Assembly (NCBI GenBank): GCA_951406725.2
Contig: OX597818.1
Coordinates: 69,006,001 to 69,070,000, forward strand
Reading direction: 5' to 3'
Source of the DNA: Octopus vulgaris
Lineage: Eukaryota
Length of the DNA stretch: 64,000 nt
Shown here: piece after piece, positions 1 through 13,123 of the stretch
Layout: the number at the start of each line of letters is the position of its first letter
Numbering within the stretch: the stretch's first letter is position 1
Translations under genes and position numbers: made by a program
Notes under the pieces: generated by a model
Told to the model about the DNA's origin: nothing
Database searches by the model: none
Seen by the model: the letters and a program-made list of their open reading frames with translations, nothing else

Positions 1-160
1 AATTGGCTAACTCTGAGACCTGCACAGCTCTCTAGTGTAAATAGTATGATATGAGGAAACTAGTGTTGGTCTACATTGGCAATTACTCAATCATATATAT
101 ATACGATGATGAGGATGATGATGATGATAATTATATATATGTATATATATATATACATAT

Positions 161-213
<53 letters not shown>

Positions 214-338
214 CACACATATATATATGTATACACCCATATACTTATATAATATATACACACATATATGCATATCTATCTATACACAAACTCACACATA
301 CCTACATACATACAAGCTATGTATATATGTATATATAT

Positions 339-373
<35 letters not shown>

Positions 374-384
374 ATATATATACA

Positions 385-660
385 TAGCTTGCTGTTCCAA
401 GATCAACAAAAAGAACTCAATACAGTGTGGAATAAATAAGATTTAACATACGCAGTAAAAACATAAGAGCTACTAATAGTTCCTTGCTCTGAAAACGTGT
501 CTAAGCAGGTTTTATAGCCCACCATGTGTCTCCAAGCAATCTTCAGAGCTCAAGGATTGCTTGCAGTGGCAAAGTGTATTATAAAAAGCTGCCTAGACAC
601 ATGTCTTCAGAGCAAGAAAGTATCAATAGTGCTTATGCTTTTACTGTGTATGTTGAATTA
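385..660. mobile_element. Foldback (palindromic) element with one-sided tail, next to (TA)n
   Basis: 441-509 (atttaacatacgcagtaaaacataag...gctctgaaaacgtgtctaagcag) is the imperfect reverse complement of 588-660. Inner arms caagcaatctt/aaggattgcttg surround the centre at about 546. An unpaired extension of about 55 bp (385-440) follows a TA tract. Confidence 0.6.
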
Positions 661-1095
661 TGAGTGTGATTGTTGCCAGGGCCGCTGACTGGCACCAGTG
701 CCGGTGGCACATAAAAAGCACCATTCGAGTGTGATCATTGCCAGAGCACCTGACTGGCATATGTGCCGGTGGCACGTGGAAAACAGCATTCAAGTGTGGT
801 CGTTGCCAAGGCTGCTGGACTGGCTCCTGTGCAGGTGGCACATAAAAGACACCTTTTCAGTGTGATTGTTACCTGTACTGCCTGACTGGCCCTTGTGCCA
901 GTGGCATGTAAAAGCACCGACTACACTCTCGGAGTGGTTGGCATTAGGAAGGGCATCCAGCTGTGGAAACTTTGCCAGATCGGATTAGAGCCTGGTGCAG
1001 CCTTCTAGCTTGCCAGTCCTCAGTCAAATCGTCCAACCCATGCTAGCAGGGAAAGCGGACATTAAACAATGATGACGCTGATGATGATGATGATG
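661..1095 (+). mobile_element. RTE-type LINE 3' UTR-derived repeat with ~65-bp internal units and (GAT)n tail
   Basis: Four related ~65-bp units (…gtgccggtggcacataaaaagcacc…), then ctacactctcggagtggttggcattaggaagggcatccagctgt…ccatgctagcagggaaagcggacattaaacaatgatga. The same module follows an RTE ORF end at 35262-35810. Confidence 0.7.
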
Positions 1096-1163
<68 letters not shown>

Positions 1164-1744
1164 TATATTTACATACATATTCATATAAATATACTGTTAA
1201 ATGGAGACAACCCTGATTATGATAGTTGTGCATTTCTCCTTGATCTCTAACCATTCCTCACTCACCACAGACATTCTTGCAATCTCCACCCATCCACCCT
1301 TCTGTCCCCACTCCCTGTACTATTAACCTTCTTGTACCTCGCAGGCTGACCCAAGCACCTTGTCCTCATCACCTTTTTCTCTCTTCCAATACCCTCCAAA
1401 TTATTCCCATGTACCCTTATGTGATGCAAGGTGGACATATTTCCTCCACACCCAAAACTTTGCCCTTCTTTCAAACTTCTCAACATCTGGCATAAATACA
1501 TCAGGCTCCTTCTATAGAATAGTATTCCTTAGTGGAAACGAACCTTAGTTTTGCAAGTTCCGTGGTGGCCCCGCTTGGGCTAATTCAGTATACAAAGCAC
1601 CCATTACGCTCTGTAAATTCATTGACTTTAGGAATGGCATCCAGTGGTAGAGGCCATGTTGATACAGAGTTTGGAATATGATACAACATTCCAGCTACAT
1701 ACATCCTGCCCAATCATTCAACGGATACCAGCATGGTAAATGGA

Positions 1745-2122
1745 TGTTAAATGATGATAATAACAACCATGGTGATGACAATGACAACAACGATGATGGT
1801 GATGGTGATGAGGATGGTGATGAGGATGATGATGACGATGGCAATGATGGTGATGAGGATGATGATGATGGTGATGACAATGACGATAATGATGGTGGTG
1901 ATGGTGATGATGATGGTGATGATGATGACGATGATGTTGATGAAAATGACGAAGATGATGGTGATGATGATGATGATGATAGTGGTGGTGGTGGTGATAA
2001 TGATGGTGATGATGGTGATGATAGTGATGATGATGATGATTGTTGTGGTGATTGTCGTGACGCTGGTGCTGGTACTGGTGGTGATGATAATGATGATGAT
2101 GGTGGTGGTGGTGGTAGTGATG
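1745..2122 (+). repeat. Compound (GAT/GGT/GAC)n trinucleotide tract, expanded tail of RTE-3'UTR family copy
   Basis: Directly follows ccagcatggtaaatggatgttaaat, the family 3' terminus. Confidence 0.85.
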
Positions 2123-3282
2123 CGTGTCCTACAAAATGTCACACTGATTACTTTATAAATTAATAATTGAATTGTTTCTCTTTATTTAAATTCATTATCT
2201 TAAAGTCATTTTAATAACAACAGATCATTTATTTATGGGAAGGATCTTCCTTGAAACGAGAGTCAAATTCATTATAAAATTCCTTCAAGTTTTGCCTGAT
2301 TGTTTATTCAGCCATTTGTTCAATAACCCACCAGGTGGAGCAATAAAGTTACTTCCATGGCTTAACCATTTACCATTCCGATTCCCCTGTCAAACACAAT
2401 ATCTATTCACATTGATTTGTATTAATCGCATTTTATTTCCCAGCTTTGGGATTTCAAAGAGGCAATCGTTTATTTGAAGTGTAACATTGCAGGGCAGGTG
2501 TGAGAAGATGCACATCTAACCAGTTTGAACATAACGCAGGTAGAGTATTTGGGCTGGATATGAGTGGTTCACATGGTAAGAGGTTAAGTATATTTATATT
2601 TTTATTTAGCTATTTTCCTTTTCCATATAAGTGAGCACAAGGCAAATGCTGGAATGGGAATATGACAATATAATCACACACACACCGACACACACACACA
2701 CACACACACACATGACTGAATCATCTAATTCCTTTGAAATGGCCTTCTAAGGAACACTTGACACTTAACTGCAGTTTTATTGTGTTAAACAGATGAGGAA
2801 TAGATTTCTCCCAAGACAGGACCAAGGACCCATCTGACATAATTTTCTTGAATAAACTGATAGTGTTTCTTGACAGAAATTAAAAAAAACTGCACCACGT
2901 GGATGTGAAGTGAGCTGCTGCCTAAATACACAATTAAATATTGGCATTGAATCGAAATCGTTTAGACTCTGAGTGAGTAATTTAATTCTATACTGACACG
3001 GCCATTTTATTTCAGCATTAACCAACTGACCTATAACTTGTCCATTCGGTCATTCTGACCCTTTCACGTATATCAGGTGAACAGGGAATCTTCAGTGAAC
3101 AGGTAAAAAAGATACCTTACATGACAGGTGCCAATTATAATGCCTCACTCAGCTTTATTCTTTTCTTTCACCATTATCTTAAGACAAGGGGGTTTCTGTG
3201 TCTCTGTAAACTCTATTTAATTGCTACAAGCAGTGCATAGATTTTCAGTTCATTTATACTCTACCCCACCCCTCTCTCTCTT

Positions 3283-3329
<47 letters not shown>

Positions 3330-3799
3330 TTGTGTGTGTGTGTGTGTGTGTGCATAAATGCATTCATATATATAGATCTAGATGTACATAAATACATATG
3401 CATATATGTATATATATATATGATAATATGTGTTTGTGCATATATGAATATATATACATCAACATACACACACACCTGCACATTTACATAGATGTATAGA
3501 TATATGTATGATGTACGTAAGTCTGTATACACATGCAAACTGTTGGTGTCCGTATGCACCTACGTCTCCCTTATAGTGGTAAGTCTCTCTGTCTGACGTC
3601 CATTTTTCATGTTAGGAGGATAAGAGGTTTTTTCCCAGTGAAGCAATGATCATTCAAGCGTGGTTAATTTTATGGTTCAGGCATCCTATAGATCTTGACA
3701 AGCGACTCAATGATGCATTAACCATAACTAAAGCTTAAGATATAAACAAACAAATCATAAATGAAATGTTTACCAATATTCATTTTGAAATGATTTCTA

Positions 3800-3868
3800 T
3801 GGATATATATATATATATATATATATGTACATATGTATGTATAAATATGTATGTGTGTGTTTATGTGC

Positions 3869-3902
<34 letters not shown>

Positions 3903-4051
3903 GCACATATGTGTGTGTGTGTGTCTGCATATATATGCATGTGTGTGCATGTATATATATATGTACGTGTATATGTATATATATGTATGTATATATATGT
4001 ATATATATATGTATATATATAATAATATTTATATGTATATATATAATTATA

Positions 4052-4083
<32 letters not shown>

Positions 4084-4167
4084 CATATATATATACATAT
4101 ATATATTTATCTATATATTATATATGAATATACATATATGTCTGTATATTTGTATGTATGTATATAT
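3800..4167. repeat. Compound (TA)n/(TG)n/(TATG)n microsatellite
   Basis: Direct reading; similar tracts at 130-385 and 3285-3470. Confidence 0.95.
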
Positions 4168-5059
4168 CGACGTAGCATTCAGACTGATTCCCAATGGATC
4201 AATAATCGGTAGAAATAACGAGTAAATTATTGATGAATTTAGAGAGAAGCCATGCTTCCTATTAATATTTTTTCAACAGAAAGGGTGTCAGAGAGAAGAT
4301 GCCGATGGTGATGGTGTTGGTAGTGGTGGTGAGAGGGTGGGATGGTGGGGGGGTAGAATTGATGGAGTTTTTCCACTAAATTCCTCACATTATTAATTCT
4401 AAGTCTTCTCCCTGTTATATACATTGAGTTTAGATTCCCTCACTGTTGACTTTATCTTTCATCTTAAGGGGTTTCAATAAAGCAAATAATAAAGATATAA
4501 CTACAGTTATTCAATGACATACTAAAAGGAAATTGAGACTCGACCGGTAAAAGAAATTACTATCAAATGTACTTTGCTTTCTTTTACAAAACAGAATTGT
4601 TTGTAATTCCTGTTTTTCCTTCCTTTTATTCTTGTATTCCACTTCAATGAGGGCTGTTTCTTTTCTTTCTTTTTAAAGAAAGATTTTCTGTCTGGGTACA
4701 TGTGTGACGGGAGGGTCTCTACATGTGTCTGTATATAAACATGTGTGCATGTTGGTAATAATTCACAGTGTTATAGAAAGATAATATTCGTTTCAATATA
4801 TGGCACAAGGCCAGTAATTTCGGGCTGGGAATCAATTGATTACTTCAACCCCAGTACATGACTGGTAATTTTTTTATCAGCCCCGAATGGATGAAAGGTA
4901 AAGCCAACCTCAATCCTTTTGCTTCTTGGCATTTTGGCTAAGATCCAGGTAAAGATAGATAATATCGATGTGATGGGAATGTATTAGTGCAGCCCTTCAT
5001 CTGTCATTAGACCCCTACGTTTTGGCTAAGATTTCAGTTTTATAGTACCGTGCTAGCCC

Positions 5060-5420
5060 TTTGCATATTGACACAGATAAACAGTAAATTATATTGATCA
5101 CCCACGCCCAGTAGGTAGCTGGTATCATTATTTCCTCAGCCCCTGGTAAGGAACAGCCTGCTCGTGAAATTAACGTGCAAGTGGCTGAGTACTCCACAGA
5201 CATGTGTAACCCTTAACATAATTCTCATGGAGACTCAGCATGACATAGAATGTGACATGGCTGGCCCCTATGAATTACAGGTACAACTCATTTTTGCCAG
5301 CTGAATGGACTGGGGCAATGTGAAATAAAGTGTCTTGCTCAAGGACACAATGTGCTGCTGGGAATCGAACTCATGACCTTACAATTGTCAGTCAGACGCC
5401 CTTGCTTCTAAGCCATGTGC
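5060..5420 (-). mobile_element. tRNA-derived SINE family C
   Basis: Reverse complement has an A-box-like tggcttagaagc and B-box gagttcgattccc, then ccttgagcaagacactttatttcacattg…cagccacttgcacgttaatttcacgagcaggctg. Other copies at 16035-16330, 48170-48455 and 51211-51770. Confidence 0.7.
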
Positions 5421-6006
5421 ATTTCACCTCTCACAGGCAAATGACCCTGCCTGATCACTGACTTGAATAATAATTTTAGAAATAATGAAAATATCTTTTA
5501 TAAGCACAAGGTCAGACATTTGATGGAACAAAAGGGCAGCCAAATAAGTCTACCCCAGTACGTGACTGGTACACTGTTTGTGGAACTTCAAAGGAAGTAA
5601 AGTGAAGTTGGCTTTGGTGGGATTTGATCTCAAAATTTAAAGGGCAGGAACAAATGTCCTAATGAATTTTTCTCCCATCCTTCCAGCAACAACAACAACA
5701 GCAACAACAACAACAACTACAAAAACGATGATGACAAGGACAAAAACAACAACAAATGCGTCTAGTTTAGGCACAAGGGTGGCAATTTTGATGGGAGTGG
5801 GTGAACCAATTACATTGAGCCCGTAACTTGAAGGGTCTCTAAAAGGATTCGAACTCAGCATCTCAAAAGCCAGAAAAATATCCCACAAAACATTTTCCCA
5901 ATGCCATGTCACCAGCCTTAAAACGATAATAATAATCGTTTCTAATTTCGGCACAAGGCCAGCAGACATGACAGAAAAAAATAAGTTGATAACCAAAAGG
6001 CAAACG

Positions 6007-6204
6007 CTTGGCTGTGTGGTAAGAGATTCGCTTCCCAACCACTTAGTTCCAGGATCAACCCCACAGCATGGCATCACAGAGAAGTGTATTTTCCCTATAG
6101 CCCTGGGCTGATCAAAGCCTTGTGGGTGGATATGGTAGATGGAAACTGAAAGAAGCCTGTCATACACACACACACACATGTGTGTGAGCATGTGTGTTTG
6201 TGTG

Positions 6205-6237
<33 letters not shown>

Positions 6238-6428
6238 ATGTCTTTGTGCCTGTGTTTGTCCTCCACCACAGTGCTTAGCCTAGCAGTTCAGCAAAAGGGA
6301 ACGATAGAATAAGTACTAGGCTAAAAAGAAAAAGTGCTTGGTGTCAAATTTGTTTCACAAAAGTTTCTTCAAGGTGGTGCCCCAGTTTGGCCACAGTCTG
6401 ATGATTGAAACAGGTAAAAGATAAAAGA
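6007..6428 (+). mobile_element. tRNA-derived SINE family A
   Basis: tggctgtgtggtaag head, central (CA)/(TG) tract and tail ggtgccccag…tgattgaaacaggtaaaagataaaaga, matching the intact copies at 50186 and 50688. Confidence 0.8.
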
Positions 6429-6958
6429 TGTATTATACACCATATATTGAGTTCTCTCCTCATTCATCACCAAAGGGAAGCATTAGACATGCATACACAC
6501 TGCATGTGTGTGTGTGTGTGTCTGCATTTATGTTTATATACACACTGGTACAGCTGTTTAGGTTATATCCTGTAACTTAGTGGTTCAGCAAAAAGACATT
6601 GATAAAATATATACTCAACTAAAATAATTTCTAACATTGATATGGTTGTCAAAAAAAAAAACTGAAGGTGGTGCCCCAGTATGGCCACACACCAATGGCT
6701 GGAAATAGCAAAAGAATTGAAGAAGAAATATACGTTCAAGAGTGGTGGTCGTCATGGAGTTAACAGCAGGTCCAAGAGCGCAAGTGGTTCCGGTTTTGTT
6801 TGAAATTATTGTTGTCCACATTTTGATATCCTTGGAAGTTACACATGCATGGCAATCTTCTATCTTCCCTTCCCTAAAATTACAGGAAAATTCTCCCCAG
6901 TTTTCTTCTTCCAAGGGGGGTTCCTTGTAGAAGCTATCAACAGTTTGTGTTTGTTTAA

Positions 6959-7179
6959 CCCTTTCATTACCAACCTAGTTGAAACCACCTCTGGCTCTGA
7001 GTACAAATGTCTTGTTTTCATAAGTTTTGAATTAAAATCTTCCACCAAACCTTAGTCACAAGTTATGTTCCTAACACTTGCTGAATGGTAACTAAGTTAT
7101 TTTACTAAATTCCTTGTTATATTTAAAATTAATTTAAAGAAACACAGAGCATCTCAAAATAAATACAGTAGCAAAAGGG
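6959..7179. mobile_element. piggyBac-like MITE (~220 bp)
   Basis: TTAA at 6955-6958 and 7180-7183. Terminal ccctttcattac / gtagcaaaaggg are imperfect TIRs. A related internal sequence occurs inverted at about 41285-41410. Confidence 0.75.
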
Positions 7180-7404
7180 TTAAACATTCATCAGTTCTTA
7201 CTGAGTAAGTTTTTGGCTTCAGATATTCTAGACATAGCTGTGACTGTGGTAAGAAGCTTGTTTCCCAACCACAAGTCTCCTGGTTCAGTTCCACTGCATC
7301 ACACCTCGGGCAAGTGTCTTCTACTATATCCTAAGAATGATCAAAGCCTCGTGAATGGATTTAGCAGGTGGAAACTGAAAGAAGCTCATCGTATATATAT
7401 ATAT

Positions 7405-7743
7405 AAATTTATATCTGTAAAAGTAATATATGACAACTATTTTGTAGCCATGATAAAACTCCGAGTTTCGGATGCCGAGGTGGAAATCCACGCCACCGTC
7501 TCTTCAATTATCCAGCCATTGGAAAAAATGCTATGAAAATCTCTTCATGGATTTTCATAGCATTTTTCCGATGGCCAGATAACCGAAGAGATGGCAGCGT
7601 GGATTTCCACTGCGGCATCTGAAACTCGGAGTTTTATCATGGCTACCAAATAATTGTCACATATTACTTTTACAAATAAATTTCTCTATTTACATAATAT
7701 CAAGATCTCTTTCATTCTTTTGTTGTCTTACCATTTTGATCAA
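7405..7743. mobile_element. Inverted-repeat (head-to-head) Penelope-like pLTR remnant carrying hammerhead motifs
   Basis: Arms 7405-7541 and 7550-7683 are reverse complements with an 8-nt spacer. The right arm continues about 60 bp unpaired to the TA tract. Confidence 0.7.
7572..7645 (+). ncRNA. Type I hammerhead-like ribozyme motif (variant core); mirror copy on minus strand at ~7445-7519
   Basis: Stem I GATAA/TTATC; core CCGAAGA (7583-7589); stem II GATG…GTGG-ATTT-CCAC…CATC with an imperfect base; GAAA 7621-7624; stem III ACTC-g-GAGT; GUU triplet. Confidence 0.6.
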
Positions 7744-7744
7744 T

Positions 7745-7810
<66 letters not shown>

Positions 7811-9100
7811 TTATTATATATACAAATCTATGAGTGTGTCTTTGTGTCTGCATTTGTCCTTCCACAACTGTTTGACAACCTGTGTTCGTGTTTTTATGTT
7901 CTGGTAACTTAGCGGATCAGCAAAACAGACTGACAGAATAAGCACCAGGTTTCAAAAAAGTAAAAAAAACATAAGTACTGATGTCAATCTGTTTGGCTAA
8001 AAAATTCTTCAATGTGGTGCCCCAGCATGGCCACAGTCTAATGACTGAAACAAGTAAATAAAAAACAAGCCTGCTTTTTTTTTAAACCGCAGTGTGTGGT
8101 TTGAAGGAAGTTTAGCTACCATTTCTAGTCTCCTGATCTTCCATGTAGACATTCTTTTCTTTGCCTTTGTTCTCCGTACTCTTGTGAAACATTTCTGATG
8201 TTTGAAAACCAAGAAAGATTCGATTTTCAGGCAGGTGAGCTTTGTTGACATTTACTGTAAAATCTTTATCTACCAAAACTAATAAAAATTATTCCAATAA
8301 AACAAGATGAACATACTTTCATGTTATTTGTTTATTTTTTTAAAGTGTTGTTAATTTTGGTGTGTTAATCACGACATTAGTTGAACTCCTAATTGCCTCA
8401 TTAGAAAATGGTTTTTTTTAAAGAACTAATTGTGATATTTCTTGGACTCATAATTGCTTCGTAGCACGACATTTTATATTTCCAAGAATTAGTTTTCTTT
8501 TGGCTTATCTTAGATTTCATTACCGCCAACAATCAATGCAACAATATGTTTATTTCATATGAGGCAGCAGAGGAACGGGGTGATTGTGATGGTTGGAATG
8601 GTGGCGGTGCTGGTGGCATTGGTGGTGGTGGTTGATATTGTTCACTTTAAGTCTCTATTCATTTCAGCATTGCTTTTTATGAAATGACATATCTGAGCAT
8701 TGAGCCAAAAACCTTGCAGTATTTAATTATAATTATTTATGTTCTGTGATGAAACGTCTTCCAAGGCATACTTTCATCCCTCCTTGGATGAATGTAGAAA
8801 ATTCAATCCTGGCACTAATTGGATACCACCAACCTCTTAAGGAAACCCATCCATCCATACATACGTACGTACATACAAATCTTGTCACTTTGTTAGCGAT
8901 CAGCTTGAACTCTCATAAGAAGAACTTGGATACTACTCAAAGAAAAATCAAATGCACATAGCTGTATATACACACATATATATATAACAAAGCAAGAAGG
9001 GTTTCATGTGAAGAGATCTACACCATTGTTCAAGCCTGACACAGCACATGGAAGTGTTGCTACTCATCTCCATTTTGGGTGGAAATACTATATATATATA

Positions 9101-9763
9101 GAACCTTCCAGTCGAGAGATTCCCACGCTATTATCCTTCTCTTCTCCACTTTTGCCCGACCCCACCTTGAATACTGCTGTCCACTGTGGTCTCCCTACAC
9201 AAAACAAAATATTATGAGAATTGAAGCTCCCCAAAGGTCAATCACAAAAAAGATAGATGGCATGTCAGACCTTGACTACTGGGGTAGACTAGAGAAGCTG
9301 AAATTGTATTCACTCCAACGACGCCGTGAACGCTACATTATCTGTATGCTGTGGAAAATATTCCATCAGCACTGTCCGAATGATGTTGGCATCACCTTCA
9401 AAATGCATCCAAGGCTTGGACCACGTGCCATCCGTCCACAACAAAAATCTAAATCGCATCACATAACGACAATACGGCACAACTATTTCACCTCAATTGG
9501 ACCTGCTCTCTTCAACATTACACCAGGACACGTCAAAAAAGAAACTGACCACACAAAATTCAAGAAGTCTTTGGACAAATTCCTTCAAACAGTACCGGAC
9601 AAACTACCCACACCCGGATATGTCTCCGCAAACAATAACTCTCTGCTCGAATGGGCCTTGGTGCCCAAATCCTGAACTGAAAGACTTCGCCAGGTGGTGC
9701 TATTAAGTTAGGCATGGCCTGGGCCAATACTGGCCAAAAACCTTTCTAAGTTATTCTAAGTTA
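9101..9763 (+). mobile_element. 5'-truncated CR1-type LINE 3' end (RT C-terminal region, open frame)
   Basis: ORF 9079-9675 reads RTFQSRD…RPHLEYCCPLWSP…IEAPQRSITK…DYWGRLEKLKLYSLQRRRERY, typical of the CR1-clade ORF2 C-terminus. 3' tandem tail (ttctaagtta)x2; both flanks are (TA)n. Confidence 0.9.
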
Positions 9764-9844
9764 TATATATATAGATAGATAGATAGATCATCAGCATCGT
9801 TTAACATCTGTTGTTTTCCATGCTGGCACCTACATACATAAATA

Positions 9845-9904
<60 letters not shown>

Positions 9905-9978
9905 CTATATGTATATGTATATATATGTATGTATGTACATATATATATGTATATATGTATATATATATATGTATATAT

Positions 9979-10460
9979 CTCATCATCATCATCATTTAAC
10001 ATCCATTGTCCATGCTGGCTTGCATTGAACAGTCTGATTTGGCATGGTTTTCTACAGCTCGATATCCTTCCTAACACCAACCACTCTCAGAGTGTAATGG
10101 ATGCTTTTATGTGCCACTGGTACAGGTGCCATTTCTGTATCAATGGGGTGCATTTGTTTGCCACTGGCACAGGTGCCAATTTGCGTGACAATGGTATCTA
10201 CCACGACTGAAATTTTGCTCAGCTTGATGGGTCTTCTTCTCAAGCACAACAGAATGCCAAAGGTGTCGATCATTGCCTCTGTGAGGCCCAACACTCAAAG
10301 GGAGCTTAGTCACTTTGATTCCATGAGACCCAGGAGATTGGCCACTTTGCCTCTATGAGGCCCATTCAAAAGGAACTCAGCCACTCAACACTCAAAAGGA
10401 ACTGAGCTACTTTGCCTCTGTGAGGCCCAACATTTGAAAGAAGCTCAGCCACTTTGTTCC
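9979..10460 (-). mobile_element. RTE-3'UTR family copy with ~45-bp tandem units
   Basis: (CAT)n tail at 9979-9994 followed by the family body. Units like tttgcctctgtgaggcccaacactcaaaaggaactcagccac recur about 5 times at 10270-10456. Confidence 0.65.
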
Positions 10461-10788
10461 CTTGTCAGTCGTTAGAAAAGTGCTCCCATGTGGCTAAGAG
10501 TTGTTTTGACTCTTATTTCTAGCAATGCTGGTGCTTACAAACACCCTCCATCACTTTAGTGACAACTGTTCTTGCTGTACACACACACATGCGCACACAC
10601 ACATGCGCACACACACACACACACACCTGCGCACACATAAATGTATACATAATCAGCAAGTCGGCTGAGTCCTTAGCCCATGGAACAAAATGTTTTGTGG
10701 CATTTCATTCGCCTTTATATTCTTCCTTCCATCCTTTTGGTGGGGTGGGGTCGATAAAACAAGTATTAGTTAAGCCCTGGGGTTGATG

Positions 10789-13083
10789 CACCTGCACACC
10801 TACATACAAAAGGACATGCCAAAGCTATGCAGGTATGATTATCACCAGGCAAATTGGGAAACTATTAACAACCAGTTACAAATCATTGACTGGGATCTCT
10901 ACCTTACTGGGCCAGATAAACACAAGAAATTCTTAAACAAGATCGAAGAAATATGTGCAAAAAATATTCCTCTTAAGAAAACCAAATCCACAAAAAAACC
11001 TGTACCACGGGATCGAAAGATCCTGATGCGCAAAAGGTCAAGACTAAGAAACAAAACATCTAAGCTGACATCAAAACATGAATTACAGAAAGTCCTTGAC
11101 CAAATATACAGATTAGAAGACAATCTAAAACAACACTATGATGAAGAACGTAACAATGCAGAAAAGAGAGCCATAGAAAACATCAAGAAAAATCCAAAAT
11201 GTTTCTACAGTTTTGCAAAGAAACACTCGAATACCAAGTCAACAATAGGACCTCTCCAGAGACAAAATGGGGATATAGTGAATAACCCTATTGAAATGGC
11301 AGAAATGTTGGGTCAACAGTATGAAAGTGTCTTCAGTGAGCCATCTAAAACCATGAAGATCCATGACCCAGGAAAATTCTTCAAGGATATCGACCATACT
11401 AAACCTACCCTATCCGACATTGATTTCAACCCAGAAGACATAGAAAGAGCCATAGACAAGCTCTCCATGCACTCGGCTGCAGGGCCTGACGGTTTCAATG
11501 CCATGATACTTAAAAACTGCAAGGTACAATTGTTGAAACCCCTTTACATGATATGGAGGGAATCTATGGAGAATGGCAAAATACCAAATACATATAAAGA
11601 AACACACATAACTCCAATACATAAAGGGGACAGCAAATCAAAACCAAAGAACTACCGACCAATCTCGCTGACATCACACATTATCAAGGTCTTCGAAAGA
11701 ATAGTTCGTGGAAAACTGGTTGAGTTCCTGGAATCCAACAATCTGATGAATTGTAACCAGCATGGATTCAGGTTAGGTAGATTATGTCTTTCCCAACTAC
11801 TGGCACACCATGACCAAATCCTAGAAAATCTAGAGAATGGACACAACACAGATGTTATTTACCTCGACTTTGCCAAGGCATTTGACAAGGTAGATCATGG
11901 CATCCTGGGTCACAAACTTCGAAAACTAGGAGTAGGAGGAAAAGTTGGTACATGGATACATGAGTTCTTTACAAATAGAACTCAAACAGTCACTGTGAAT
12001 GGAACCCATTCAACACCATCACCTGTGACCAGCAGTGTTCCTCAGGGTACAGTACTCGGCCCAATCCTGTTTCTCATCCTCATCTCTGACATAGATGAAG
12101 ATACAACCAGCAACGTCTCATCCTTTGCTGATGACACCAGGGTCATGAGACAAATCAAAGACGAGGTGGATACAGAGGCCTTACAAAAGGACCTGACCAC
12201 CATATATAAATGGCAGGAAACAAACAACATGTTGTTCAATGATAAGAAGTTTGAACTAATTCGCTACGGAACAGATCAAGATCTGAAAAATACAACAAAC
12301 TACAGAAACCCATCAGGACAACAAATAATGGAAAAACAGTATGTGAAAGATTTAGGCATCCACATGGGAACCAGCCTAAAATTCAGAGAACACCTTGACT
12401 CAGTCTGTCTTACTGCAAGAAAGTACAGCGGGTGGATCTTGCGCACATTCAAATCAAGAGATACCTCAACAATGAAAACCCTCTGGAACAGTATGATACT
12501 TCCGAGGATTGACTACTGTTCTCAGTTGTGGTCACCAACAACAAAGGGCTAACTATCTAAGATGGAATCGCTCCAAAGAAATTTTCCCTCATACTTCTCA
12601 GAAACGAGGGACCTGGACTATTGGCAAAGACTCAAAACATTGAGGATGTACTCAATAGAAAGAAGATTTGAGCGATACCGAATTATATACATTTGGAAAA
12701 TAATAGAGCAAAAGGTGCCAAACTTTGGTATCAAAACCTACCACTCACTGCGCCACGGAAGACGCTGCCAGCTACCACCAATCAACAAAAAGGCTGGCCA
12801 GGCAGCAAAAACCCTGCGAGAATCAAGTCTGTTGGTTCGAGGAGCACAACTATTCAACTCCATTCCGGTACATGTCAGAAATCTATCAGGATGCAGTGTG
12901 GAATCATTCAAATTGCAGCTGGATAGATACTTAAGCACCATTAGAGATGAACCCCATCTCCCAGGATATACACAACGAGCACAAACTGACTCAAACTCGC
13001 TCCTACACATGTCAAAATTAAACAGAGAATACAACCTGGCAACCACACCAGACTCTGAGGGTGGAGTCTTCGACTTGGCCTGA
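10789..13083 (+). pseudogene. LINE ORF2 reverse transcriptase, single in-frame stop at 12550-12552
   Basis: ORFs 10783-12552 and 12562-13083 are in the same frame, joined by KG*LSKMESLQR. Confidence 0.9.
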
Positions 13084-13123
13084 GCATGGACTCAAACTCA
13101 AATGAAATGAAATGAAATGAAAT
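10789..13123 (+). mobile_element. Young 5'-truncated CR1-clade non-LTR retrotransposon
   Basis: RT motifs SAAGPDGF, NYRPISLTS, NQHGFR, YLDFAKAFDKVDH, VPQGTVLGP, FADD and KDLG. No APE domain (truncated). Short 3' UTR and (AAATG)n tail at 13100-13123. Confidence 0.95.

Larger units (their letters stand above)
7235..8062 (+). mobile_element. SINE family A copy interrupted in its (TA)n core by a palindromic element
   Basis: Head 7235-7392 and body/tail 7830-8062, separated by the 7405-7743 insert flanked by TA runs. Confidence 0.8.

Noticed and set aside
5-70. GAAACTAGT with ggctaa/ttggtc pairing, a possible hammerhead
   Set aside because: No properly placed CUGANGA, and the cleavage position would be G; at best a heavily decayed relic.
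51-446. ORFs rich in Y/I/H/T/C/V (also at 3.7-4.2, 45.7-46.4 and 56.1-56.6 kb)
   Set aside because: Translations of TA/CA/TG microsatellites, not genes.
1678-2163. Asp/Gly-rich 161-aa ORF resembling an acidic biomineral protein (similar ones at 44753 and 58448)
   Set aside because: Expanded trinucleotide tail of a retroelement, open in several frames on both strands.
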